A DNA stretch of 63,065 nt, counting the filler, from Thraustochytrium aureum (taxonomy: Eukaryota), in NCBI GenBank assembly GCA_012862495.1. It is 5 parts of 3 records of this genome, joined end to end, with 100 filler letters (N's around TTAATTAATTAA, not from the genome) between each part and the next. Parts side by side here need not be neighbours in the genome. Positions count along the whole stretch, not along the records: positions 1 to 7,342 come from BLSG01000124.1; positions 7,443 to 17,575 come from BLSG01000125.1; 3 more parts are not named here. One strand, 5' to 3'. Positions within the stretch are counted from its first letter, which is position 1; the number at the start of each line of letters is the position of its first letter. Positions 1 to 11,128 of this stretch are shown here, one piece after another. The position numbers and the translations under genes are program-made. The notes under the pieces are model-generated. The model was given only the letters and a program-made list of their open reading frames with translations. It did not search any database and was not told where the DNA came from.

Positions 1-2
1 GA

Positions 3-1517
3 GCGCGACTTGGCATCTGGGACCAGACGTTCTCGCGCGCAAGCCACCAGGTGGTGAAAACGAACAAGAAAAAACTGCAAAAGGGCGAGCACAGCAACTG
101 GAAAGTGCTAAAGTGCCTCGACCTATTCGACGGAAAGTCGCATTGCATCGAGCCGAAGAACCTGCTCGGGCTGAAGCGATACCAGCGCGTCTCGCGACTG
201 TACGGGTTGCGGAAGACGCTGTGGAACAAGGACCGTTTCTGCGAGACGATGAACAATGCGCTGCGCGGCTTTGAAGGCCTTACAGAGTTTGTCTTTCCAT
301 GCTGGATGCTGCCGGTAGATTACAAGACGCTCATACAGGAGGCCAAGCTCCGGTACGCAGGTCGGTCGTTCATCCTCAAGCCTACAGACCGCGGCGAGGG
401 GAACGGCATCGTCGTCATGGACACGTGGCGGCAGCTGGTCAAGTGGAAGAGCAAGTTTCCGGACAACGACGAGGTCGTGGTCCAGACCTACCTGCCAAAC
501 CCGTTCTTGATCAACCAGCGCAAGTGGGACATGCGCACCTACGTGCTGGTGACCTCGATCCACCCGCTGCGCGCGTACATGTTCCGCGACGGGCTCGTCC
601 GCTTTGCGAGCTCGCGCTACGACAAGTCGGCCAAAAGCGGCGGCAAGCAGACAGCGTTCCTCACCAACACCTCAGTAAACAAGAAAAACGGGGTCGCCGT
701 GGACGACCTCACCTGGCCCTTCCCGCGAGTCTACCGCTGGCTTGCGCGGAACGGCTTCGACCCGGACATGCTTTGGGCGCGCATCGAGGCTGCCGTGACG
801 CAGATGCTTCTCTCCGCCGAGCCCAGCTTTGCCGACCTCTTTAACAAGCTCCAGCACGGGTACACGTGCGCGAACTGCTACCAGCTGCTCGGAGTGGATG
901 TGATCGTCGACGACANNNNNNNNNNNNNNNNNNNNNNNNNNNNNNNNNNNNNNNNNNNNNNNNNNNNNNNNNNNNNNNNNNNNNNNNNNNNNNNNNNNNN
1001 NNNNNNNNNNNNNNNNNNNNNNNNNNNNNNNNNNNNNNNNNNNNNNNNNNNNNNNNNNNNNNNNNNNNNNNNNNNNNNNNNNNNNNNNNNNNNCATGGCG
1101 CGCGACCTCGTTGCTCTCGTTTTCGGCCGTCACGAGGTCGCCGAGGCGCTTGCATCAGACTTTATGGAGCTTGAGCTCGAGGGTGTCTCGGTGGGATTTG
1201 AGACCGCGGGGTGCGAGGCCTCGTTTGATTTCTGTCTGTCTCGCGCGGACGTGGAGTACCTTTTGGAGATGAAGCGCGAGGAGATCGGGATGGGCGGGTT
1301 CCGCCGCATCTACCCGTCGCGCAACGGCGAGGCGTATTCCTCTTTCGTGGAGCACCTGCGGTCAAAGTTCCCGCGAGACTCCAAGGTCGGTACGTACCGC
1401 CTCCACCGCCTCAGCACGCAGCTTGCCAAGTTGTCCAAGGTCGACCACAACAACACGATTGACGACCCCAACTTTCACTCCGCCGAGGACGACGCCGGGG
1501 CGAGCCAAGATGACTAG
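3..1517 (+). CDS. Tubulin-tyrosine ligase family protein (TTLL, polyglutamylase-like); 5'-partial, internal N gap
   Basis: ATP-grasp TTL motifs FILKP...GNGI, VVQTYLPNPFLI, KWDMRTYVLVTS.HPLRAY...GLVRFAS..Y, LTNTSVNK, CYQLLGVDVIVD. Frame is open from the window start. Confidence 0.9.
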   Translation, partial: ARLGIWDQTFSRASHQVVKTNKKKLQKGEHSNWKVLKCLDLFDGKSHCIEPKNLLGLKRYQRVSRLYGLRKTLWNKDRFCETMNNALRGFEGLTEFVFPCWMLPVDYKTLIQEAKLRYAGRSFILKPTDRGEGNGIVVMDTWRQLVKWKSKFPDNDEVVVQTYLPNPFLINQRKWDMRTYVLVTSIHPLRAYMFRDGLVRFASSRYDKSAKSGGKQTAFLTNTSVNKKNGVAVDDLTWPFPRVYRWLARNGFDPDMLWARIEAAVTQMLLSAEPSFADLFNKLQHGYTCANCYQLLGVDVIVDDXXXXXXXXXXXXXXXXXXXXXXXXXXXXXXXXXXXXXXXXXXXXXXXXXXXXXXXXXXXXMARDLVALVFGRHEVAEALASDFMELELEGVSVGFETAGCEASFDFCLSRADVEYLLEMKREEIGMGGFRRIYPSRNGEAYSSFVEHLRSKFPRDSKVGTYRLHRLSTQLAKLSKVDHNNTIDDPNFHSAEDDAGASQDD

Positions 1518-1915
1518 CTCGTACGAAGTAAATACAGCCCAGTGCCGGTACCACCCGCCGTCCTTCGCCCCAAACCGAAAAATGCAGATGCTCGCTCGCC
1601 TGTTGCTGAACAGCCCAGAGCTAGAGAGCTTGCCTTCCGAGTCATGGCAAGCTGGACAGCCTCGTCGGGCGCTGCAGCGCGACGCAGAAGCAGTAGGCGT
1701 CGCTCGCGTTCATGATCGGAATTTCTTCTTCATCGAAGACGCTTTTTCAACAGAATCGGCCTCGCGTGTCCCAACTCGGCCACTTCCGCTGCGCCCCTCT
1801 GGCGCGGCCACCGCTTCTGGACGAGCAGCAGCTCTAGAGGCGAGCCGGCTCCTGCGCGAGTAGAGTAGCGCAGCGGCGGCGCGACGCAAGAGTCTGGGGC
1901 GGGAGCCGCGCCGCG

Positions 1916-3366
1916 ATGCGGCCCTCCCGGGTCGGCGAAGACGCCGACGACGAGGCGCTGCACTGCCTCGATGTCAACTTTGAGACGGCGGAGCCCGGCG
2001 CGCGGCCGCGGTTCGACCTGTACGTGATGGACATCTCGTACTTTAGTGGCAAGCTGGAGTCGTACTTGCGCTACAAGGGGATCCCGTTCCGGCGGATCGA
2101 GGCAACGCAGCGCGACATGGCCGACAACCTGGCGCACACCGGTCTCATGCAAGTGCCCGTCATGTTTGATCGGGACAACAACGAGTGGCTGCGCGACACA
2201 ACCTCGATTATTTTGCACATTGAGCGCGACCCGCAAGCCAGCGGCGTGCCCTTGGCCAGACGCTCGCTGACGCCCGTGCTTCCGCATGACCCGGCAGACG
2301 CGTTCTTGGCGCGGCTCGTGGAAGAATATGCAGACGAGTGGATGTGGGGCCCCGCTCTTTTCTACCGCTGGGCGCCGCGCCTTGACGCGGGCAACCTGGC
2401 ACGGCGTTTCATCATGCACGACTTTGCGCGAAAAATGGCCCTGCCGCTGCCTCGAGCCGTGGCCGAGCTGATCATCATAGACCGGCAGTTCAACGAGTAC
2501 GTGACGAAGAGCGGGGTCTCGGCCGACCCCTTGGCGCCGGGAGCGCAGTTTATGAAGAGCCTGTACCGCGAGACGCTCGCGCGACTCGAGCGGGTGCTCG
2601 CCCAAGGCAAACCCTTCCTTCTCGGCGACCGGCCGTCCCTCGTTGACTTTGGGTTCATGGCTTCCATGTTTCGCCATTTCAGCCTTGACCCCACGCCGAG
2701 CAAGGCGATGCGGCTGACCGCGCCAGCTGTTTTCGAGTGGGTTGCGCGCGTCTGGAATGCAGGCGCACCGCGTGCCAACGTAGGCTCGCCGCGTCTGTCC
2801 TGGGACGACAAAGCCCTGGGACCGATTCTAGCGGATGCCGCGAGCTCGTACTTGCGATACTCGATCGACAACGCCCGAGCGGTGTTGCAGGGCTCTGCTA
2901 CGTCCAAAGCGCGGATGGGGCCGCTCGCTGTTAGGGCGGTCCCGTTCAGGGCGTGGTCCGCTTTCCAGCTCCTCAAGGCTTGGGACGGCGACCTAGACGA
3001 CGCTGCTCGGAGCCGCGTGCAAGAGCGCCTCCGGGATGCAGGGGGCTGGAAGGGTTTGAAGAATTCCTTCGCGCCCGGCAGATCATCGAGCGGGCTGCTG
3101 GGCGCTGGGCTGGGGCCTCAATCGTCGAGCCTCCAAAATGCGCACCCAAACCTCCCAAGGATAGTTTTACTTTGCACAAGCTTTTCGGGACACCCAACCA
3201 CGAGTTGGACTCGCCAGAGCTCTGGTCGCCTCTTGCCCGAGGGCTGCTCGGCGTCGTTCTGGCAGCAATGGTGTCTTGTTGGGCAGTGCCAGAACTCGGG
3301 CTCGCCTGGGCTGGCGCGCTGGCCGGCGTCGTGGCATATGATCACGTCCGTTCGCTCTACCTCTGA
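1916..3366 (+). CDS. Glutathione S-transferase family protein with hydrophobic C-terminal membrane anchor; 1-nt frameshift at ~3041-3045
   Basis: SYFSGKLESYLRYKGIPF, QVPV, DTTSII, ADEW, PFLLGDRPSLVDFGF. Adding one G to the G5 run gives ...DAGGLEGFEEFL... and continues in the 2953..3366 frame, which ends in two hydrophobic helices. Confidence 0.8.
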
Positions 3367-3715
3367 CGGTCGATCACTGAGTAGAGATGCGGTGCGAGAG
3401 TTTCAAAACATGGGTTTCATTTCGACTTGCAGGCCGCGAGGCTCGTCTACGAGTCTGCACAACCGCCACGCGTACATGGCAGAGAGGCCAAGGAGTGAGC
3501 GTGGACGTTTTCGTGAACAGAATCCCGACCGCTCCGCGGCGGGCGACTGGAGTCGCTCGACTTGGCCTGGCCGCCAGGACAGCAGCTAGAAGGCGCGTCA
3601 ACGGGGACCGCAGGCGGGGCGAGAGGGTCCCCAGCTGTGGGAGTACTTGCTCGCAAGCGGCGCCGCGCGCTCTCCTCTCCTCTTCTACAAGGGAGAGAAG
3701 CTCGAGAGGCTAGCT

Positions 3716-4096
3716 CTAGTTCGAGAGTAGCTCGCGCGAGCATCGCTGGATGTCCGCCTGCAAGCGCTTGATGGCAGCATTGAGCTCGGCGACCTCTGCA
3801 TCGCCGTGAAAGTGGGCGATGGCGTCGTGCATTTCTTCCACACCAATCCCGTGCTCTCGGGCAAACTTGACCTGCGTTGCCTGCACCGGCGCGAGCGCCT
3901 GCACGATAGACGTCACGCGCTCAGTTTGGGTCACCTCAACTTCGAGAGCGCGCGCCTGCTCTTTGACGATAGTTGCTCGCGCGCTCTCTGCGGCCAGGTG
4001 CAGCTCCTGCATGAGCCCCATGAGCTCGTCGCGCGACAGCGGGGTGTCCTTCCCTCGGGCTCGGGGCCGCCTTGGCACCCGCCGCTGCAGGCGCTT
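3716..4096 (-). CDS. Hypothetical helical protein, 5'-partial (start in gap)
   Basis: Protein-like open frame (LSRDELMGLMQELHLAAES...) from the gap edge to TAG at 3716. No family recognised. Confidence 0.5.
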   Translation of the reverse strand, partial: KRLQRRVPRRPRARGKDTPLSRDELMGLMQELHLAAESARATIVKEQARALEVEVTQTERVTSIVQALAPVQATQVKFAREHGIGVEEMHDAIAHFHGDAEVAELNAAIKRLQADIQRCSRELLSN

Positions 4097-4363
4097 NNNN
4101 NNNNNNNNNNNNNNNNNNNNNNNNNNNNNNNNNNNNNNNNNNNNNNNNNNNNNNNNNNNNNNNNNNNNNNNNNNNNNNNNNNNNNNNNNNNNNNNNNNNN
4201 NNNNNNNNNNNNNNNNNNNNNNNNNNNNNNNNNNNNNNNNNNNNNNNNNNNNNNNNNNNNNNNNNNNNNNNNNNNNNNNNNNNNNNNNNNNNNNNNNNNN
4301 NNNNNNNNNNNNNNNNNNNNNNNNNNNNNNNNNNNNCTGCGCTTCTGGTGTGTTGGTCGCGGG

Positions 4364-6004
4364 ATGCCGCGCGGCGTGGCGCGGCGCGAGGGGCCGGCGG
4401 CGACGACGGCGGGCAAGACGCTGGCTGCGCCGACGCTGGCCTGCGAGTACTCTGTCGAGGCGGCGGAGAGCGCGCTGGAGGGGTTTGTGGCCGGGATGAT
4501 GGTCCCGATTGTGGTGCGGTCGAGGGCGTCGGGCCGGCGCGCGAGACCGAGGAAGTTCGTGTTCAGGCCGTACCAAGAGGCGCTCGTCAAGGGCCTTCGC
4601 GAGGACGAGCAAGTGTTCATCGGGCAGATCGGGACCCGCAAGAAGTACCTGGATCACATTCGATGCCGCATGGGCAGGTTCGCCGCGTGGGACCCGTCGA
4701 GGCTCGCAGCCAGTGACGATGTCGTCAGCTTGCTGGACGAGCTCGGCTTGGACGCCAGCATTCCGCCGCCGCCAGCGCGCTTCCTGGTCCCTCGCCTGGC
4801 CGTGCGCTGGCATTACCGAGTCAAACCCGGCAAGGCTGTTCTCCGGAGACGTGGTGGCCAAGGACCACCAGCGCGTTGCCAACTTGCCCAACCCGTTGTT
4901 CAAGAAGCGTTTATGACGGCGGATCCCGGCCCTGGTGCAACAGGGTCGTGGAGCGAGGGTGCTGTTCTCTTGAGCTGGCTCGCGCGACGAGGCCGGGACG
5001 CGCGGCTCGCTTCCCAGGCTGTGGAGCGCATTGCTGTGTTGGCCCGCGAGGACCGGTCCCTCCTCGTCCAGCACGACGTCAACGCCACCCTTGCCAGCCT
5101 CTGGACGCACCACAGAAACACCGAGCTCGAGGTGAGAATCCTTGGTGCGCTTGCGGCGACGGCTGCGCTTCCCGCGTCGCGAGGCAAAGAGCTGGGCAAG
5201 GAAACGTTGATGGCGCTCGGGTCGGGGTTGGGCACGGCGAGCGACAAAGTTGTGCTGGCGCGGTGCACTGTCGTCGCGAATGCGGCACGGTCAGCGGGGG
5301 AGGGCTGCGGTGCGGCTGATCTGACAATTCGCGAAACACTCTTCAAGTTCCTTGCGTGCAGATTCGCCAATAAGAGCATCGTTCGCCAGTGCCTATTAGG
5401 GCTCGGCGCGCTAGCATCGCGGGGCGTGGAGCGTCTCTCTGCGGGGCTTGCGGCCTCGCTTTGCGTTTTGCGCTGCGGCTCTGGTGACGCCGACCTCGAG
5501 GCTAGCGCAGCAAGGGTCGCCGCCGCTGCTGCTTGTGAGTTGGGCCTTGACACGGCGAGGCTCGAGGCGCGGGTCCTCCCACATGTTGCGCAAGCTGCCG
5601 AACGCTGCCACGCCCGTCCGAGCATCGGGGCGTCAGTTTTGTGCCTGTTCGAGTACTGGCTGGACACACTGGGCGAGCGAGTTGACCCCTTGGAGCACAA
5701 CTGGGCTTGGGTAAACGCAGCGTTCCGCTCGTTTTGCGCTGCAGATGTTCTAGGCGACGCTGCTTTGGTGCGCCGGGCGCTTGCGGCGGCGCGCCGCGTA
5801 GTGGCGCTCTCCCAGCCACGCGCTGTACTGACGAGCGCGTTGTGCGACTTTTTAGCTGCGGCGCACAGTGTAGCTGCGGACGAGTTGGCCCAGCACATTG
5901 AAGAACTTTACGGAGGACTTGATAGGCTTTCGTGCAGCGATTCTGAACCGAGGTTTGCCTCGGCGCCACTGACGTGGTCGGGACGCGCTGTGAGACAGCG
6001 CTAG
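4364..6004 (+). CDS. ARM/HEAT-like alpha-solenoid protein
   Basis: About 546-aa Leu/Ala-rich amphipathic helical repeats (AVERIAVLARED, ILGALAATA, VRQCLLGLGALA). The start may lie in the upstream gap. Confidence 0.55.
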   Translation: MPRGVARREGPAATTAGKTLAAPTLACEYSVEAAESALEGFVAGMMVPIVVRSRASGRRARPRKFVFRPYQEALVKGLREDEQVFIGQIGTRKKYLDHIRCRMGRFAAWDPSRLAASDDVVSLLDELGLDASIPPPPARFLVPRLAVRWHYRVKPGKAVLRRRGGQGPPARCQLAQPVVQEAFMTADPGPGATGSWSEGAVLLSWLARRGRDARLASQAVERIAVLAREDRSLLVQHDVNATLASLWTHHRNTELEVRILGALAATAALPASRGKELGKETLMALGSGLGTASDKVVLARCTVVANAARSAGEGCGAADLTIRETLFKFLACRFANKSIVRQCLLGLGALASRGVERLSAGLAASLCVLRCGSGDADLEASAARVAAAAACELGLDTARLEARVLPHVAQAAERCHARPSIGASVLCLFEYWLDTLGERVDPLEHNWAWVNAAFRSFCAADVLGDAALVRRALAAARRVVALSQPRAVLTSALCDFLAAAHSVAADELAQHIEELYGGLDRLSCSDSEPRFASAPLTWSGRAVRQR

Positions 6005-6475
6005 GCCTCGCCGAGATGCTCAACGTGGGGGAGCTTTGCCAGCACTGCTGCTATGGGATTTTGCAAGCTTGGTGCCCCCTCGGCAACGATTGACAACCAG
6101 CAACCAACCAAGCGTCCTTGCGGAGGAGGTGGAGGGATGCAAGGCGTCAAGCAATGTCCACTGGAGAGTGCGAAAATGAATGCGAAGTGGCATATCTGAC
6201 GTTCCCAGACTGCGATCTTCTATCGCAGGGAGGCTCGGGCGGCACTCCGAGCTATACTTGTTGTCGAATGACAACGACTCTTTTGTGTTGAGTCATAGAG
6301 GAGGTCACTGACGGTCAGCGATTTGCTTCAGGATGCACACGGGCAGGCCCCAAAAAGATGGCGCCACTGCAGACGAATCTCAGCTCCACGCGGCCAGATT
6401 CGTCCGGCGTTCAGCAAGAGCTGCCGTTGGGTCTACAATATGTGCCCATCCACCTCCTTGGCGATCCAGTTCAGT

Positions 6476-7342
6476 TCACAGAGTGAGACTGCTGTCGTGA
6501 ATGCTGCTCGCGTAGTTGGACGGAAGGCTTGCCATTCGCTGCCGCACGTCGAGAGCGAGCAACCGAGGCTTGAAGTGGGCCAGTATTGCCTCTGCGCATC
6601 TCGCTGCGGCCTCGTTCACGTAGAGACCATTGTCGACCTCGTTCAGAACGTGGCTCGGGAGGACCATTTGCAGCCTCATGCGCTTGAGCATTGCGCCAAG
6701 TTCGGCGAGTTTGGCGTCCGGATGGCGTCCCAATCGATCTGCGATGTCGACGTACCGCCAGTTAATAGCGGCTTTGTGCTGTTCGCCAGGCGCCACCCGC
6801 TCAACACGTTCAAGCACGTCCGGGTGAAGTCTCGCTTTGAATGCAGCCAGGTCTGCAGCAGAAGCCCAGATGATTCGGCCCCAGTTGAAAAGCGCGTGCG
6901 CGCGGTCAAGCCCGAAAAACGTGAGAAGCAAGTTCTCCCATGTGCGTGTGCTCATCCTTATGCCAGCAAACACTTTGCGAAGGAGGTCCGCCTCGTCTTC
7001 GCCCTCGCGAAGCGCAGTAGAGACCGCATTCCATAGGAACTTGAGGCGGTCCTTTGCCTCGCGGCGCATGTTGTCGCGTTTGGTGAATTGAACTGCAAAG
7101 AATGCGGCGTTGGACGGGGTCTCTACAAGAGAAGCCCACTCGAACATGGCGTCCTCGTCCGGGAAGGCTCTTCGAAGGGCAGCAATGGTCGGCCGAAAGT
7201 CAACCAAGCTCTGCAGCGCGTCGTCCACGGAGAGAATCAGCGCAGGCTGGGATGCAAGAGGGAGGACTGGGGATCCTCGAGACGCACTCGGAATCGATGG
7301 GGCGCTGTCTCTGTCATTGCCGTTCAGATGCCGCGTGCTCAG
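6476..7342 (-). CDS. Hypothetical protein, 5'-partial (open to scaffold end)
   Basis: About 288 open codons with globular composition. No family recognised. Confidence 0.5.
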   Translation of the reverse strand: MSTRHLNGNDRDSAPSIPSASRGSPVLPLASQPALILSVDDALQSLVDFRPTIAALRRAFPDEDAMFEWASLVETPSNAAFFAVQFTKRDNMRREAKDRLKFLWNAVSTALREGEDEADLLRKVFAGIRMSTRTWENLLLTFFGLDRAHALFNWGRIIWASAADLAAFKARLHPDVLERVERVAPGEQHKAAINWRYVDIADRLGRHPDAKLAELGAMLKRMRLQMVLPSHVLNEVDNGLYVNEAAARCAEAILAHFKPRLLALDVRQRMASLPSNYASSIHDSSLTL

Positions 7343-7442
7343 NNNNNNNNNNNNNNNNNNNNNNNNNNNNNNNNNNNNNNNNNNNNTTAATTAATTAANN
7401 NNNNNNNNNNNNNNNNNNNNNNNNNNNNNNNNNNNNNNNNNN
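7343..7442. other. Artificial scaffold spacer (44N-TTAATTAATTAA-44N)
   Basis: Identical 100-nt construct occurs four times. The 12-mer places stop codons in all six frames. Confidence 0.97.
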
Positions 7443-9355
7443 TTGCCCACCTTGTGCGAGAGCGCGTCAAGAGTGCCGCCAAGCGCCTTTCGTCGCCCAG
7501 GCCGCCCCGGCCGCCGTCCCAGCAGCAACAGCAGCAGCAAGAACAGCAGCAGCAGCAAGAACGGCAGCAGCAGCGAGAGCGAGGACCGCGGCGGCAGCTT
7601 CTGGACGAGGCGGAGATCGCGCGGCGGTTCGACTTTGCGGAGGTCAAGAGCTTGGCGACCAGGACGGAGCAGGGCACGGACGTGAGCTTTTCCATCTGGG
7701 ACTTTGCTGGGCAAGAGGTGTTTTACGCGCTGCACCACATCTTCCTGAGCGAGAAGGGGCTCTACATCGTCGTGTTCAGCATGGCGGACTTGCTGCGGCC
7801 TGCGAAGGAAGAGGAGGTGGTTGGGTACCTGCGGTTCTGGCTCAACTCGATCGAGCTGCACGCCCCTTCGGCGCCGATCATCTTGGTGGGACGAGGGCGG
7901 ACGAGGTGAGCGCGCCGGCCGAGCGCGAGCGAGTCAACGCGTGCCTCCGGAGCAAGCTGCTGGCCGACAAGCGCAAGGCGCTGGTTCGCAACGGCGCGAG
8001 CAACCTGTACTACTTTCCGGTCGACAACGCGTCGGCGTCGGCGAACCGTGCCTCGGCGCTGCGCAGCGTCGTGCAGGCGACGGCCACCGCGCAAGAGTAC
8101 ATTCGGCGCCCGGTGCCGCTGACGTGGCTCAAGGTGCTCGACGACATGCTGGTGGCCAAGCAGCCCTACTTTACTTTCGACAAGGTCGCCCAGATCGGCG
8201 CCGAGTACGGCATGACGTCCGAGGACACGGACAAGATGCTCGGCGAGCTGGACGAGCTCGGCGTCGTGGTGCACCAGCGCGCGACGGCCGCGCTGCAGAG
8301 GGGTGGTGGTCGTCGAGCCGCAGTGGCTGCTGGACAAGCTCGCCGCGGTGATCGCCGACGAGCTGCACGTCAAGGACAAGTTCTTCGACAAGCGGTACGC
8401 CGAGGTGGAGGAGCCGCTTGCGGAGCTTCGGCGGAGCGGCGTGGCGACGCGCGCGCTGCTCGAGTTTCTGTGGGGCAGCGAGCAGGTCGAGTACCTGGTC
8501 GACTTTATGACCGAGTCGTGGCTGCTGAGCGAGCACGAGCCGGGCACCTACATGGTCGCGAGCCTCGTGACGCAGGAGGACCGCGACGCGCTGGTGGACA
8601 TTGCGCACCTCGAGGGCGGCCTGCAGTGCGAGCTNNNNNNNNNNNNNNNNNNNNNNNNNNNNNNNNNNNNNNNNNNNNNNNNNNNNNNNNNNNNNNNNNN
8701 NNNNNNNNNNNNNNNNNNNNNNNNNNNNNNNNNNNNNNNNNNNNNNNNNNNNNNNNNNNNNNNNNNNNNNNNNNNNNNNNNNNNNNNNNNNNNNNNNNNN
8801 NNNNNNNNNNNNNNNNNNNNNNNNNNNNNNNNNNNNNNNNNNNNNNNNNNNNNNNNNNNNNNNNNNNNNNNNNNNNNNNNNNNNNNNNNNNNNNNNNNNN
8901 NNNNNNNNNNNNNNNNNNNNNNNNNNNNNNNNNNNNNNNNNNNNNNNNNNNNNNNNNNNNNNNNNNNNNNNNNNNNNNNNNNNNNNNNNNNNNNNNNNNN
9001 NNNNNNNNNNNNNNNNNNNNNNNNNNNNNNNNNNNNNNNNNNNNNNNNNNNNNNNNNNNNNNNNNNNNNNNNNNNNNNNNNNNNNNNNNNNNNNNNNNNN
9101 NNNNNNNNNNNNNNNNNNNNNNNNNNNNNNNNNNNNNNNNNNNNNNNNNNNNNNNNNNNNNNNNNNNNNNNNNNNNNNNNNNNNNNNNNNNNNNNNNNNN
9201 NNNNNNNNNNNNNNNNNNNNNNNNNNNNNNNNNNNNNNNNNNNNNNNNNNNNNNNNNNNNNNNNNNNNNNNNNNNNNGTGGAGCGATTCGCTTACAAGGT
9301 CCCAGCGTTCCTGGACGAGCTGATCCGCCGCATCGACGAGAACTGGCGGCCATGA
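7443..9355 (+). CDS. Roc-COR (ROCO family) GTPase, 5'-partial; frameshifts at ~7888 and ~8300; internal gap
   Basis: Roc G3 motif SIWDFAGQEVFYALHHIFLS and YLRFWLNSI. G4 motif PIILVGTRAD appears after restoring one G. COR-like VPLTWLKVLD, LDELGVVVH and VVVEPQWLLD follow. Confidence 0.85.
7520..7573 (+). repeat. CAG/CAA trinucleotide tract encoding poly-Gln upstream of the Roc G3 motif
   Basis: cagcagcaacagcagcagcaagaacagcagcagcagcaagaacggcagcagcag. Confidence 0.85.
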
Positions 9356-10545
9356 GCGTGAGTCGGCGCGCTTGGCGCCGAGCTTGTTTACAACGCGCCT
9401 GGGAAGAACTAGCGAAAAAGATGTGGTTTGGTTCATTTGGGGCTACTGTCTCGACCCTGGCAACCGAGCGGCGTTCTTGAGCCTCCAGTACGAGCGCGAG
9501 TGCAGACGCTGAGGGGCTGTCCCCTGGACGGCTTTATGATGCCGACGCCAACAGGCGAGTCGACCGCGGCCCTCTTGTCCACCGTGCCGTAGTTAACCAA
9601 TTTTCGCTACGGTACGCCTCATCAAGGTATTCGGCAATGCTTTCCGCCTCGCGGCAGCCTTCGCCCTCGCTCTCGGCCGAGATGTTGGACACGCTGCTGC
9701 CAGGGCCCGCCTCGACAAAAGCGAAGAGGCCGCCGACCACATCGTGCGAATTCTGCCACGGCGTTGCGGAGCAGCGCACGCGGCGCCTCAGGCCAACGAC
9801 GCCTTCGAGGTCTCCTGCGCGCTTTCGGTCCGCGCCTGCTCGCGGCGTGGTAAGTGACGTACATACATACAAGGGTCCGCAGTCGGTGATGAGCCAACGG
9901 AGTTGAGCAAAAGCAACAGCTAGGTATCTCCAGAGAGTTCCGCGGCCGTCAAGCATCCCCGCCCTCCGCTTGCCGGCAGCACAGGCCGTCGAGAACGATT
10001 GTGGAGCTCCCCGTCGCATCGCATCGCATCGCGAATTGAAGAATTATGGCGAGCTCGCGTGCGCTTACGAGTGCCAACGAACGTTGCCCCAGTCGTTGAG
10101 CCCCGAAGACCCCCTCGACGTGACTGAGCGAGCGAGGGACCTCCATCGATCGATCGCCGAGCCTGATGATGAGGGAGGGAATGCATTTGCATCATCACGT
10201 CGAACCACGTCCAGGCCTTGACTCTGGACTCTGGACTCTGGACTCTTGTTCTATCGCACACTGTACACAATAAGGTACACACTCTCCTTTCCCTCCTTAC
10301 CCCCTCGGCGTTTCTTCCTCCACAAATCACATATTTATAACAGTAACTCTCTTAACCAGTAATCCCGATTCACCGACGACACGTCCCCATCATACCCCAC
10401 CGCACGACCCCGCAACCCCTCGGCCTATCCTCAAACCCCCGAGACCGCAAAACCCCACATCCCTCCCATCACCCAGCTGCCCCAAACGCCGAACCCCACC
10501 GCAAACGTCCCCCGTGCCCCCCGGCGGCACAACCTCGCCTTGCCC

Positions 10546-10608
10546 CGTTCAATCGATTGAACGTCCCTCGCAGCTTGCAGTGGGTCTGCGCGTTCAATCG
10601 ATTGAGCG
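10546..10608. promoter_or_regulatory. Two copies of an 18-bp palindrome CGTTCAATCGATTGAACG (putative dimeric TF sites)
   Basis: Perfect palindrome at 10546-10563 and a one-mismatch copy at 10591-10608, intergenic and upstream of the PH gene. Function is inferred. Confidence 0.4.
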
Positions 10609-10765
10609 GGTTTCGCCGAGCGAGAGAGTGCATGCACGCATTCAGTAGAGTAGAGTAACTCTACCTTGCGGAAGGCAGAAGGCAGAAGGGAGGGGCAGAG
10701 AGTGAGCGAGCGAGGCAGACACCGAACGAGGTCGCGCGGGGGCCGAGGGTCGAGCTGGGCCGCGC

Positions 10766-10826
10766 GGCTGCCTGGCTTGCTGCCTGCCTGGCTGGCTGGC
10801 TGCCTGGCTGCCTGGCTGCCTGGCTG
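10766..10826 (+). repeat. GGCT/GCCT tetranucleotide microsatellite
   Basis: Imperfect (GGCT/GCCT)n. Same class at ~15012-15040, 26238-26297, 26586-26628, 38600-38632, 51819-51845. Confidence 0.8.
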
Positions 10827-11128
10827 CGTTCGTCAGGAGCGCGCTCTGCTGCTGGCGGCGCGGCTTTTGCTGGCGCGCTGGCGCTGGCGCTGGCTTGCTT
10901 GCGTGATTGCTCGCTTGCGGCGCCGCTGGGAACTCGACGGGCTGGCTGGCTGGCGTGCTTGCTCGCGCGAGTTGGGCTGGCCGTGGTGACCGCGCTGACA
11001 CGACCGCGAGGGCGCGGTGGACGTGGACGGCTGACTGATGCACGCGGCGTGAGGCGGGCGGAGACGAGACGAACTGCGGTGGGACGGCGCAAGACGGCTC
11101 TGCGCGCTGGCAGCTCCGCAGTCACACT

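Noticed and set aside
9534..10019. ORF with GST-like ESIAEYLDEAY peptide
   Set aside because: Only one short motif, no ATG start in the track and no supporting domain context.
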